Positions 51,027 to 61,241 of a stretch of 64,000 nucleotides of DNA are shown here, piece by piece; the stretch's first letter is position 1; each line of letters opens with the position of its first letter. A program made the translations under genes and the position numbers. The stretch covers positions 256,001 through 320,000 of the forward strand of contig OZ244587.1 of NCBI GenBank assembly GCA_965218095.1. The letters run 5' to 3'. The notes below the pieces were generated by a model that saw only the letters and a program-made list of their open reading frames with translations, did no database searches and had not been told where the DNA came from. This DNA comes from Candidatus Poribacteria bacterium (GTDB lineage: Bacteria; Poribacteria; WGA-4E; PCPOR2b).

Positions 51027-52381
51027 ATCGAAGAGTTTATGGCCTGGAAAATGAATATGGTATCATCTGCACGTCGGATCGGCGAGGTGGAAAAGCACTA
51101 TCGATCCAAAATGCCGTGATGTATCTCTTTCGTGAGATTATTTCCGGACGGATGTATCCAGACGTTTTCCTGGAGAATGGCGCTCGGTTTTACCAGGACA
51201 TCGGCTGCCACCCCGAATATGCGACGCCGGAGTGCGATAGCATGATCGATCTCGTTGCCCATGATAAAGCCGGTGAACGGATCATTGAACGGCTTTCTAT
51301 TTCGGCGGAGCGAAAAATGCGATCCGACGGGTTTCTCGGACGGATCTCCGTTTTCAAAAATAATACAGATACGCCCGGCAATACTTATGGCTGTCACGAG
51401 AACTACCTGATGGATCGCCGCGTGAGCTTTCGCCAGCTCGCTTCGCAGCTTATCCCCTTCTTTGTTACGCGCCAGGTCTTTGCAGGCGCAGGAAAAGTCA
51501 AACCAACCAACCACGGCGGATACGCAATCTCCCAGCGGGCGCAGCATATCCGCGAGGAGATTTCAATTGCAACGACGACCGCACGAGGCATCATCAATAC
51601 ACGCGATGAACCGCATGCAGACCGAGAGAAATATCGGCGGCTGCACGTGATTGTCGGCGATTCCAATATGTCGGAGTTTACCACCTACATCAAGGTTGGC
51701 ACGACGGCAATCGTCCTGCGTATGATCGAAGATAACTTTATCAAGCAGCGTTTGGCTTTGCGTGATTCCGTTCGGGCAATTCAGCAAATTTCGGAGGACA
51801 TAACCTGCACTCAAAAGATTGAATTGGAAAACGGTAAACGGCTTTCAGGCGTCGAACTCCAGTGGGAGTATCTGGAGTGTGCCAAGCGGTATTTTGAGGA
51901 GGTAGAATCGGATCCAATTACCGATCAGATTATGGCACGGTGGGAATATGTTTTGACCTGTTTGGAAACCGATCCCATGCAACTGGATCGAGAGCTCGAT
52001 TGGATAATCAAGAGAAAATTAATCGAAACCTATGTCATAAGCCGGCAACTCAAGTGGAATTCCGCAAAGGTCATGATGCTTGATCTCCAGTACCACAATA
52101 TTCGGCCAGAGTTTGGATTGTATTACAAGCTCGAAAAAGAGGGGTTCGTTGAACGAATTGTCACCGATGACAAGATTGAATATGCGATGCATCACCCGCC
52201 TGAAACCACCCGTGCGAAGTTCCGCGGGCGTTTTGTAAAACTGGCAAATGAGCGAAAGATTCTTTGTGGCGTTAATTGGAGCTATATCCAGCTTTACGAA
52301 CCCTACCAAAAACTCTTCCTTTCCACGGATCCCTTGCAAGCAGAATATGAAGAAGCCAGCCGGATGATTTATTCGATTTAG
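51023..52381 (+). CDS. pafA: Pup--protein ligase
   Basis: RRVYGLENEYG, FLENGARFYQDIGCHPEYATPEC, GCHENY, PPETTRAKFRG. Confidence 0.94.
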   Translation: MNRRVYGLENEYGIICTSDRRGGKALSIQNAVMYLFREIISGRMYPDVFLENGARFYQDIGCHPEYATPECDSMIDLVAHDKAGERIIERLSISAERKMRSDGFLGRISVFKNNTDTPGNTYGCHENYLMDRRVSFRQLASQLIPFFVTRQVFAGAGKVKPTNHGGYAISQRAQHIREEISIATTTARGIINTRDEPHADREKYRRLHVIVGDSNMSEFTTYIKVGTTAIVLRMIEDNFIKQRLALRDSVRAIQQISEDITCTQKIELENGKRLSGVELQWEYLECAKRYFEEVESDPITDQIMARWEYVLTCLETDPMQLDRELDWIIKRKLIETYVISRQLKWNSAKVMMLDLQYHNIRPEFGLYYKLEKEGFVERIVTDDKIEYAMHHPPETTRAKFRGRFVKLANERKILCGVNWSYIQLYEPYQKLFLSTDPLQAEYEEASRMIYSI

Positions 52382-52408
52382 AGTGCTGTTCAAAATGAAG
52401 GCGAGGAA

Positions 52409-52891
52409 ATGACTGCCGTGTATACAGTAAAGATAGGAACGGTGTTCCTACTCGTCGCCGGGCTCATGTTTGGATGTGGAGGTGATGACGACGCAACAGG
52501 CCCCGATACAAACGGACATACGCATGGTTATGATGATGACCACGAATTTGAGGATGCCGTCAATGACCTCGGCTTGGTATTTGACAGCCCCGCGGATGGG
52601 GGGAGACCCAGGACCTCTTTTAACGTCAATATTTCACCTATCCTTACAAACGGATGCGCCATCGCAGGGTGCCATGTCGCCGGGGGACCGCGCGGTATTG
52701 ATCTCCGCACGTATGACACCCTCAAAGTGGGAGGAGAACATGCGGCTATCATTATTGCAGGCGATGTGAGAGAGAGCGAAGTCATCAAACAGATTGTTCA
52801 AGGCAAAATGCCTCCTGATGGGCCACCTCTGGAGGCAGACCAGATCCAGCTCATCATTGATTGGATTAATGAAGGCGCCGAGAATAACTAG
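52409..52891 (+). CDS. Lipoprotein with planctomycete-type cytochrome c domain
   Basis: FGC lipobox, CAIAGCH, GKMPP, WINEGA. Confidence 0.8.
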   Translation: MTAVYTVKIGTVFLLVAGLMFGCGGDDDATGPDTNGHTHGYDDDHEFEDAVNDLGLVFDSPADGGRPRTSFNVNISPILTNGCAIAGCHVAGGPRGIDLRTYDTLKVGGEHAAIIIAGDVRESEVIKQIVQGKMPPDGPPLEADQIQLIIDWINEGAENN

Positions 52892-53009
52892 ACCTTTTTG
52901 GTATCGTAGAAGCGGTTTCTGTCCGATTCACCCTCCCCAACATCTTCCGATAGAGGTGTAGGGGTTCGCCTAACTGATGAACACGTAGGTTCATCCCTAC
53001 TTACCAAGT

Positions 53010-53038
53010 ATCCCTCCCTTCGTGGAGGGATTTTCTTT
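53010..53038 (+). terminator. Intrinsic terminator
   Basis: ATCCCTCC-cttcgt-GGAGGGAT TTTCTTT. Confidence 0.7.
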
Positions 53039-53188
53039 GTTCAACATCCTTTTGTTAATATCGTGGCAGTCGGAGATTAGTCATTGGACAGGGTGGGGAT
53101 AACCGAGCCACCCGATTGAAAGCAAGATAACACTTCTTAATCATATTGCTAAGGAAATGATGTTCCCGAATTATTAAGGAGGTCTTTA

Positions 53189-55822
53189 ATGTCTCAAGGT
53201 AAATATGTTTACTTCTTTGGTGGCGGCAAAGCTGATGGAAGTGCCGAAATGAGGAGCCTACTCGGCGGCAAGGGGGCAAACCTCGCCGAGATGACGAACC
53301 TCGGGGTACCAGTGCCCCCCGGCTTCACGATCTCCACTGAGGTTTGCAAGCTCTACTACAAAAACGAGAAACGCTATCCCATTGGGCTTGACGCACAAAT
53401 TGACGAGAACTTACAGAAATTGGAAGCGGCGATGGATGCGAGGTTCGGCGATACTGAGAATCCGTTGTTGCTTTCTGTCCGCTCCGGTGCGGCGGCCTCC
53501 ATGCCGGGGATGATGGATACGATTCTCAACCTCGGTTTGAACGATGATGCCGTGAAAGGGCTTATCGCCAAATCAGACAACGAAAGATTTGCTTACGATG
53601 CGTATCGCCGCTTCGTTCAGATGTTCGGGAACGTCGTCTTAGATGCCGACCACGCCGCATTTGAGCATCTGTTGGAAGCAAAGAAGGAGGCGAAGGGTGT
53701 TACGTTAGATACTGAACTTGATGCAACAGAGCTATCGGCACTCGTTGGCGAATTTAAACAGATTATCAAGCAGGTAACAGGACACGATTTCCCAGATGAA
53801 CCCCGGCAACAGTTGAATATGGCAAGAGATGCGGTCTTTGAGTCCTCTGGAAATGAACGGGCAACGATCTATCGCCGCCTCAACGATATTTCGGAAGAAC
53901 TCGGACGCACAGCCGTTAACGTACAGGCAATGGTTTTCGGGAATATGGGTGGCAACTCCGGCACCGGTGTCGCGTTTACCCGGAATCCGTCAACCGGTCA
54001 GGACCAGTTTTACGGCGAATTTTTGATGAACGCACAGGGCGAAGACGTTGTTGCCGGGATACGGACCCCGCTGCTAATCGCGGAGTTACAGCATATCTCA
54101 CCAAACGCCTATACAGAGTTGGTTAATATCGGACAAACGCTCGAAACACACTACCGGGACATGCAGGATGTAGAGTTCACGATCCAAGACGGACAGCTGT
54201 TTATATTACAGACGCGGAACGGCAAACGGACGGGGCAGGCGGCAGTCCGCATCGCTGTTGAGATGGTTGAAGAGGGCTTAATTGATAAAACGACCGCCCT
54301 CACCCGGGTGCCACCGAACGACCTTGACCAGCTATTGCACCCCCGCGTTGATGCCAACGCGCAGGTCGATATTATTGCGCAGGGCTTGCCAGCGTCGCCC
54401 GGGGCAGCTATCGGCAAAGTAGTCTTTACAGCAAACCGTGCCGAAGAACTTGCGTCCGCCGGCGAAAAGGTGATTTTAGTGAGAACTGAAACATCGCCAG
54501 AAGATATCGGCGGAATGGACGCCGCGGAAGGCATTGTCACGGCACGCGGCGGCATGACCAGCCATGCTGCGGTCGTCGCAAGAGGGATGGGAAAATGCTG
54601 TGTCGCTGGGTGCGGCGCACTCTTTATCAATGAAGAGGCGTTGGAATTTTACGCCGGCGGGAAACGGTACGCTGAGGGAGATTTCATCACACTGAACGGT
54701 TCGACAGGAGATGTTATTAGTGGGCAAGTCGCCCTGATACAGCCCGAATTGAGCGGGCACTTCGCAACGCTGATGGAATGGGCTGACGATGTCCGAACGC
54801 TTGAGGTTCGCACCAATGCAGATACACCCGACGATTCCCAAGCCGCCCGTGAGTTTGGAGCAGAAGGTATCGGGCTCTGCCGCACCGAACACATGTTTTT
54901 TGCCAGCGGGATCGACGCGGTGCGTGAGATGATCGTTGCCGACGACACCACAGGGCGTGAACAAGCGTTAGCGAAATTGCTCCCATACCAAAGATCAGAC
55001 TTCATCGGTATTTTTGAGGCAATGGCGGGCTATCCCGTCACCATCCGAACACTTGACCCACCGCTCCACGAATTTTTGCCGAAGACGAGCAACGAAATCG
55101 AGGAGCTCGCGACACGGATCAGGATACCGGTTCAGAAATTGCGTGAGCGGGTCGAAGAATTGGTGGAATTTAACCCGATGCTCGGACACCGTGGATGCCG
55201 ACTCGGGATCGCCTACCCTGAGATAACGCAAATGCAGGCGCGCGCGATCTTTGAAGCTGCTATTGATGTGACAAAACGCGGGATTCAGGTCCTACCTGAA
55301 ATTATGATCCCACTTGTCGGACATCTCAATGAGTTCAGCTTACAGCGCGAGGTCATCGTCGAGACCGCTGAAACTGTCTTTAAAGAACTCGGAACACGTG
55401 TAGAGTATCTCGTCGGCACGATGATTGAACTGCCGAGAGCCGCCTTAACAGCCGATAAAATCGCTGAAGAAGCGGAGTTCTTCTCTTACGGCACCAATGA
55501 TCTCACACAGACAGTCTTCGGGATGAGTCGTGATGACGCGGAAAAATTCCTCGGCGACTATGTGAGAAACGGCATCCTTGAATATGACCCATTCCAAGTG
55601 CTCGATCAGGCGGGTGTCGGTAGCCTGATGGAAATCGGTACCGAGAAAGGGCGTTCGACCCGATCTGACTTGAAAATCGGCATCTGCGGCGAGCACGGCG
55701 GCGAACCAAATTCCGTGAAGTTTTGCCACGGATTGGGATTCAACTATGTATCTTGTTCCCCATTCCGTGTGCCAATCGCCCGACTCGCTGCGGCGCAAGC
55801 TGCCATTACTGAAAAATCCTGA
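53189..55822 (+). CDS. ppdK: Pyruvate, phosphate dikinase
   Basis: LGGKGANLAEM, SMPGMMDT, GGMTSHAAVVARG, GIGLCRTEHMF, CGEHGG. Confidence 0.98.
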   Translation: MSQGKYVYFFGGGKADGSAEMRSLLGGKGANLAEMTNLGVPVPPGFTISTEVCKLYYKNEKRYPIGLDAQIDENLQKLEAAMDARFGDTENPLLLSVRSGAAASMPGMMDTILNLGLNDDAVKGLIAKSDNERFAYDAYRRFVQMFGNVVLDADHAAFEHLLEAKKEAKGVTLDTELDATELSALVGEFKQIIKQVTGHDFPDEPRQQLNMARDAVFESSGNERATIYRRLNDISEELGRTAVNVQAMVFGNMGGNSGTGVAFTRNPSTGQDQFYGEFLMNAQGEDVVAGIRTPLLIAELQHISPNAYTELVNIGQTLETHYRDMQDVEFTIQDGQLFILQTRNGKRTGQAAVRIAVEMVEEGLIDKTTALTRVPPNDLDQLLHPRVDANAQVDIIAQGLPASPGAAIGKVVFTANRAEELASAGEKVILVRTETSPEDIGGMDAAEGIVTARGGMTSHAAVVARGMGKCCVAGCGALFINEEALEFYAGGKRYAEGDFITLNGSTGDVISGQVALIQPELSGHFATLMEWADDVRTLEVRTNADTPDDSQAAREFGAEGIGLCRTEHMFFASGIDAVREMIVADDTTGREQALAKLLPYQRSDFIGIFEAMAGYPVTIRTLDPPLHEFLPKTSNEIEELATRIRIPVQKLRERVEELVEFNPMLGHRGCRLGIAYPEITQMQARAIFEAAIDVTKRGIQVLPEIMIPLVGHLNEFSLQREVIVETAETVFKELGTRVEYLVGTMIELPRAALTADKIAEEAEFFSYGTNDLTQTVFGMSRDDAEKFLGDYVRNGILEYDPFQVLDQAGVGSLMEIGTEKGRSTRSDLKIGICGEHGGEPNSVKFCHGLGFNYVSCSPFRVPIARLAAAQAAITEKS

Positions 55823-55948
55823 GCGGATGGTGTCTTGTCTAAACTATTTGCGAGTGACACATAATTAACTGTTCGTAGTGGCGCAATTCATTGCGCGTTA
55901 GGTTCGACGACGTTACCGTAGGCTTGATAACTTTTTTATGACAAAAAA

Positions 55949-58900
55949 ATGCCATCCCTCACCCTCAAACCCACCCACAAACCCATCAAAGCCTACTATG
56001 AATCGCTCAAGCAATTTGACCGGCTCAGCGTTACGCATGAAACCGCTGTCTGCTCGGCGTTCCAATTCCTACTCGAATACTGCGGACGGCAATTTAACTG
56101 GACCCTGGTGCCTGAACATTCGATAACCTCCCTTGATAAGAGGGGCCGGGGGGGTTCCGGTCAAAACAAGCGCATCGTCGTTGATGGCGCGTTGATTGAC
56201 GATTTCCAGTTGACCCACGGCTATTGGGAGGCGAAGGATATCCACGACGACCTGCCCTCTGAAGTGGCCCGCAAGTTTGAGGCGGGCTATCCCCGCGACA
56301 ACATCCTCTTCCAAACCCCACAACGTGCCATCCTTTGGCAGAACAATCAGCGCGTGCTCGATGCCGATCTGACCGATCCGACGCAACTGATCGAGACGAT
56401 CCAAACCTTCTTTGCCCACCGTCCGCAAGAATACGCCGAATGGGAGGAGGCGGTGTCACAGTTCAAAGGCAAAGTGCCCGTGCTTGGAGACAGCTTGGCA
56501 GCCCTGATCCAAAAGGAACGGGGGGCCAACCCCCGCTTTACCACAGCGTTTGGGGATTTTCATGAGAAGTGCCGTCAATCGATCAACCCCAATCTCTCCG
56601 AAGCGGCGGTTGAGGAGATGCTCATTCAACATCTGTTGACTGAGCGGATTTTCCGAACTGTCTTTAGCAATCCTGACTTCACCCACCGTAATGTCATCGC
56701 CCGCGAGATCGAGACCGTCATCAACGCGCTCACATCGCAGTCGTTTAGCCGCGATGATTTTCTCCAAAGCCTTGACCGTTTCTACATTGCAATTGAGCGG
56801 ACAGCGAAAACAATCAACGACTTCTCCCAAAAACAGGGGTTTCTCAACACAGTTTACGAGCAGTTTTTTCAAGGCTTTTCGGTCAAGGTCGCCGATACGC
56901 ACGGGGTTGTCTACACCCCGCAACCGATTGTCGATTTTATGGTGAGAAGCGTTGCGCACATCCTACAGACCGAATTTGGAGGCGGGCACCGGGGGCGGGC
57001 AGCCACAAGGGCTGCCCCTACGATTTCGGATAGGGATGTGCACATCATCGACCCGTTTGTGGGGACGGGCAATTTCATCGTGCGGACCATGCGCGAGATT
57101 CGCAGAACCGCGCTTGCGGAGAAGTACACAACCGAACTTCACTGCAACGAGGTGATGCTACTCCCGTACTACATCGCAAGCATGAACATCGAGCATGAGT
57201 TTTACGAGGCAATAGGTCGCTATCAGCCGTTTGAGGGGATTTGCCTTGTTGATACGTTTGATCTGGCGGAAAACCGACAGTTACCGCTTTTCGCTCCTGA
57301 GAATACCCGCCGCGTTGAGGAACAGAAGGGGACGCCGATGTTTGTGATTATCGGCAATCCGCCCTATAACGTCGGTCAGGTCAACGAAAACGACAACAAC
57401 AAAAATCGGAAATACGAGACGATGGACGGGCGGGTGAAGGATACCTATTCGCAAGACTCTCGTGCGACCAATAAAAACGCATTGGCCGATCCGTATGTGA
57501 AGGCAATTCGGTGGGCATCGGATCGGATTGGAGAGGAAGGGGTTGTCGCTTTTGTGACAAACAACAGTTTTCTTGACGGTGTGGCGTTTGATGGGGTACG
57601 AAAACACCTCGCAGACGATTTCGACGCGATTTACATTCTGGACTTGGGCGGGAATGCGCGGAAGGGATTGAAGGTCTCGGATGCCAATGTGTTCGGGATC
57701 CGGGTCGGCGTGAGCATCAACCTGTTTGTGAAGACCGTAGGGGACAGCCCCCGTGCTGTCCCGACAAAATCCCGTATCTTTTACTATCGCACCGATGACC
57801 TGTGGAACAAAAAACAGAAATTCGATTTTCTGAAGGAACGGCAACACATCGGCACTATCGAGTGGCAAACCATTCAACCGGATGCACGATACACATGGCT
57901 GACCGAAGGACTCCACGCCGAGTTTGAGACCTTTATCCCGATGGGGACCAAGAAAGCGAAAGCAGGAGATGATAAAAGTGTGATTTTTGAGATGTATAGC
58001 CGGGGGCTAGAGTCAACAAGAGATGCTTGGGTATACAATTTCGGTCGCAAAGGGTTGGTAGACAATGTTGATCGGTTTATAGGCACGTACAATTCAGAAG
58101 TCGATCGATGGCACAATCGTACAGATCGAAGTGTAAGTCTGGATGCATTCCTAACCACAGATGAAAGAACCATCAAATGGAGCAGCAATCTCAAGAGTTA
58201 TCTTAGGCAGAGACGTAAAGCCATATTTGAATCACAGAATATACGTGTGGCTTACTACCGACCATTCACGCGCCAGTTCCTGTTTTTTGATGAAGTTCTT
58301 AACCATCGTCAAGGACACTACCCCCGAATTTTTCCCACACCGGAGACCGAAACAGAAAATAGAGTGATGATCGTCAGCGACCACGGTTTCCGTGCAGGCT
58401 TCAATACTCTGATGGCGAATCTGATTCCCGACCTTCACACACTCGCGGCAAGTGACAGCTTTCAATGTTTCCCATTCTACACCTACGACGAGGACGGGGG
58501 GAACCGCCGGGAGAACATCACCGATTGGGCGTTGGCACAATTCCGGGCACATTACCGAGACGAGGCAATCACCAAGTGGGACATCTTTCATTATGTCTAC
58601 GCGCTCCTGCATCACCCGGAATATCAGGAGCGGTATCAGGCGAACCTCAAGCGGGACCTGCCGCGCCTGCCATACACGCCGGACTTCTGGGGGTTTGCCA
58701 AAGCAGGGGCACGGTTGGGGGAAATCCACATCGGCTATGAAGACATGGACGAATATCCGATCAAGAAGGTCGAAACGCCGGGGAAGCCCCTCGACTGGCG
58801 CGTCGAAAAGATGAAACTATCCAAAGACAAAACACAGCTTGTGTACAATGATTTCCTGACCCTCGACGGGATTCCCCCGAAGGCGTTTGAATATCGGCTT

Positions 58901-59098
58901 GGGAATCGGTCGGCGTTGGAATGGGTGATGGATCAGTATCGCGTCAAGACGGACAAGCGGACGCAAATCGTCAATGACCCGAACCGTGTGGATGACCCGC
59001 AGTACATCGTCAAGCTCATCGGGCGGGTGATTGCGGTCAGTTTGGAGACAGTGGGGATTGTGGAGGGGTTGCCGGAGTTGGGGATTTCTGACCAGTGA
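55949..59098 (+). CDS. Type ISP-like restriction-modification enzyme without helicase (nuclease-MTase-TRD)
   Basis: GYWEAKD, GVVYTPQPIVDF, DPFVGTGNF, IGNPPY, YRPF, YALLHHPEY..RY..NLKR.LPR, YRLGNRSALEW. Confidence 0.9.
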   Translation: MPSLTLKPTHKPIKAYYESLKQFDRLSVTHETAVCSAFQFLLEYCGRQFNWTLVPEHSITSLDKRGRGGSGQNKRIVVDGALIDDFQLTHGYWEAKDIHDDLPSEVARKFEAGYPRDNILFQTPQRAILWQNNQRVLDADLTDPTQLIETIQTFFAHRPQEYAEWEEAVSQFKGKVPVLGDSLAALIQKERGANPRFTTAFGDFHEKCRQSINPNLSEAAVEEMLIQHLLTERIFRTVFSNPDFTHRNVIAREIETVINALTSQSFSRDDFLQSLDRFYIAIERTAKTINDFSQKQGFLNTVYEQFFQGFSVKVADTHGVVYTPQPIVDFMVRSVAHILQTEFGGGHRGRAATRAAPTISDRDVHIIDPFVGTGNFIVRTMREIRRTALAEKYTTELHCNEVMLLPYYIASMNIEHEFYEAIGRYQPFEGICLVDTFDLAENRQLPLFAPENTRRVEEQKGTPMFVIIGNPPYNVGQVNENDNNKNRKYETMDGRVKDTYSQDSRATNKNALADPYVKAIRWASDRIGEEGVVAFVTNNSFLDGVAFDGVRKHLADDFDAIYILDLGGNARKGLKVSDANVFGIRVGVSINLFVKTVGDSPRAVPTKSRIFYYRTDDLWNKKQKFDFLKERQHIGTIEWQTIQPDARYTWLTEGLHAEFETFIPMGTKKAKAGDDKSVIFEMYSRGLESTRDAWVYNFGRKGLVDNVDRFIGTYNSEVDRWHNRTDRSVSLDAFLTTDERTIKWSSNLKSYLRQRRKAIFESQNIRVAYYRPFTRQFLFFDEVLNHRQGHYPRIFPTPETETENRVMIVSDHGFRAGFNTLMANLIPDLHTLAASDSFQCFPFYTYDEDGGNRRENITDWALAQFRAHYRDEAITKWDIFHYVYALLHHPEYQERYQANLKRDLPRLPYTPDFWGFAKAGARLGEIHIGYEDMDEYPIKKVETPGKPLDWRVEKMKLSKDKTQLVYNDFLTLDGIPPKAFEYRLGNRSALEWVMDQYRVKTDKRTQIVNDPNRVDDPQYIVKLIGRVIAVSLETVGIVEGLPELGISDQ

Positions 59099-59122
59099 AG
59101 AATCAAAAGGAGTAATCCGTAG

Positions 59123-59974
59123 ATGAGTTATGATGCAAAAGTTTTTAATGTAATGATTGCTTCTCCTAGCGATGTTGCATCTGAAAGATCTATTGTCCGA
59201 GAAGTGATCTATGATTGGAATGCCGTTCATTCGGAAAGAGAAAGTATTGTATTGCTTCCCGTTGGATGGGAATCACATTCGTCTCCAGAAATGGGAGACA
59301 GAGCACAAGCAATTATAAATAGGCAAACGTTGGATAAATGCGACCTTTTAGTGGGGATATTTGGAACTCGAATAGGAACAGATACCGGTGAATACCCTAG
59401 TGGAACTATCGAAGAGATTGAACTGCACATTGATTCAGGGAAACCAGCGATGGTCTATTTCTCAAAGCAGCTTGGGGGTTCGGATAACTTCGATAAGAAT
59501 CAGTATGCCAAGCTCGAGGAACTGAGGAGGGACTACGAAGGTCGTGGTTTATATGAGATCTACGATGGCGATGCGGACTTTAAAGACAAGTTTTATCGTC
59601 AGCTTGAAATTAAAGTGAATGAGCATGAGGTTTTCCAGTTTCGAGATGAAGATATTAACTCTGGTATAGGGCTAGAGGAATCGGAAGGAAATATCCCTCG
59701 GTTAAGTGATGCGGCAAAAATTCTCCTAAAAGAGGCTAGTCGAGATAATCGTGGATATGTTATGTATGATGTTACCATGCAAGGAATTAGCATTGAGACT
59801 AATGATAAGAACATCATCCCTGATCGAAACCCTAGAATTGTGGCGCAATGGGTGGCAGCGCTGCAGGAATTGGTGGAGGCTTATCTTTTAGATAATAAAG
59901 GTCCCCGAGGTGAAATACTTCAAGTTACACCCCGCGGATACGAAATCGCTGATATGATTGAAGGGACAACATAA
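59123..59974 (+). CDS. DUF4062-like protein (nucleoside deoxyribosyltransferase-like fold)
   Basis: VMIASPSDV..ER, VGWE, CDLLVGIF..RIGT, SGTIEEI. Confidence 0.8.
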   Translation: MSYDAKVFNVMIASPSDVASERSIVREVIYDWNAVHSERESIVLLPVGWESHSSPEMGDRAQAIINRQTLDKCDLLVGIFGTRIGTDTGEYPSGTIEEIELHIDSGKPAMVYFSKQLGGSDNFDKNQYAKLEELRRDYEGRGLYEIYDGDADFKDKFYRQLEIKVNEHEVFQFRDEDINSGIGLEESEGNIPRLSDAAKILLKEASRDNRGYVMYDVTMQGISIETNDKNIIPDRNPRIVAQWVAALQELVEAYLLDNKGPRGEILQVTPRGYEIADMIEGTT

Positions 59975-60054
59975 CAAGCGCATGCGTGCAGATGCCAATT
60001 TAGCTGTGCTGCATTACTGTGTATCTATGGAATAAAAAATCTATTTTGACAAGC

Positions 60055-60245
60055 CTTGCATACACATGTCGTCCCTCTGGGGCTGTGTTAGTTCATTTTT
60101 GTTGGGTTTCACGGTTCGCGTTCAACCCAACCTACAACGCTGTGATGTGTAGATGGATAGAGTCGCGATTCGGAGATCGCTCCTACAGGTTCTTGTCGTG
60201 ATTCGGAGGGTACGCCGTGTAGGAGGGAATTCCGATTCCCGATTA
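60055..60245. repeat. Cluster of REP-like palindromes
   Basis: TTGGGTT..AACCCAACCTAC; GCGATTCGGAGATCGCTCCTAC; GTAGGAGGGAATTCCGATTCCCG. Confidence 0.65.
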
Positions 60246-60273
60246 TTTCAATTCTCATTGGCGAAGGGGATTT

Positions 60274-60969
60274 ATGGAAAGATCAAATATCAAAGCACTC
60301 ACATTCGATCTATTCGGTACAATTTTGGATCTAGGAGGGAGCCTGACACCCTACATCGCGGAGTTCTTAAAGGCGAAAGGAGCTGAGGTGTCGCCGGATC
60401 GGTTTTGGGACCAATGGCGGGCGCGGCAGCGCATCGAGCAGTATCAGGACACCCTCGTGATGCTGGGGCATAGCGGCTATCTGGAAACAGTGCGCCGGGC
60501 ATTTGTTTACACGCTCAATTTGAATGGGATTCAAACGTCGAGTGATGAGGTGAAGGATTTCATGCGGTCTTGGGATCAACTCTCTCCGTTTCCTGAGGTC
60601 CTTCCGGCGTTAGAACGGCTCAAATCCCACTACCAGTTGGTGATTCTGTCGAACGGCGATCCGCACTTCCTCGACCATCTTGCAAACAATCGTGTCCAGT
60701 GGGATTTTGATGATATCATCTCGGTGACGGATGTCGGTGCGTTCAAGCCGCACCCCGCTGTCTACCGTTACGCTGCCATCAGTAGGCTCCGCCTTGAGGT
60801 GGGTGAGTGCCTGATGGTCTCCGCAAATTCGTTTGACGTGATGGGCGCGAAAGCCTGCGGTTACAAAGCCGCGTTTGTCAACCGCTATCAACTTCCGTAT
60901 GAGGATTTGCCGTATCTGCCGGATGTGACGGTTGCGGATTTCACGGAATTGGCGGATGTGCTGTTGTGA
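60274..60969 (+). CDS. Haloacid dehalogenase type II
   Basis: FDLFGT, LSNG, FKPHPAVY, VSANSFDVMGA. Confidence 0.9.
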   Translation: MERSNIKALTFDLFGTILDLGGSLTPYIAEFLKAKGAEVSPDRFWDQWRARQRIEQYQDTLVMLGHSGYLETVRRAFVYTLNLNGIQTSSDEVKDFMRSWDQLSPFPEVLPALERLKSHYQLVILSNGDPHFLDHLANNRVQWDFDDIISVTDVGAFKPHPAVYRYAAISRLRLEVGECLMVSANSFDVMGAKACGYKAAFVNRYQLPYEDLPYLPDVTVADFTELADVLL

Positions 60970-61241
60970 GTTTGTCTGAATCGCGGATTGGGCGGATTAA
61001 AGGATTGCACGGATTAAATTGTCTGAATCGTGGGTTAAGCGGATTCGTACAAGATTTATTTCAGGAGTCACATATTGCTCCTTCCCGATAAGATCGGGAT
61101 TCAAAGCAACTGGAGCGAAAGGACATCTATACACCTATCGCCCCGTTGGGACTTTGGGTGGCAACTTGTGTTATGTTAATAACCTAAAAGGGTGAGGTAG
61201 ATGCGCTGCCTCAACACGAATATTATTACGGAGGTGAAGAG

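Noticed and set aside
52950-53000. Hammerhead ribozyme (CTGATGA) or fluoride riboswitch
   Set aside because: No GAAA core follows, and the fluoride consensus GAUG and 3' spacing are not met.
60970-61045. CRISPR-like repeats (GTCTGAATCG x2, GGATT periodicity)
   Set aside because: Too short and degenerate, no unique spacers, no cas genes.
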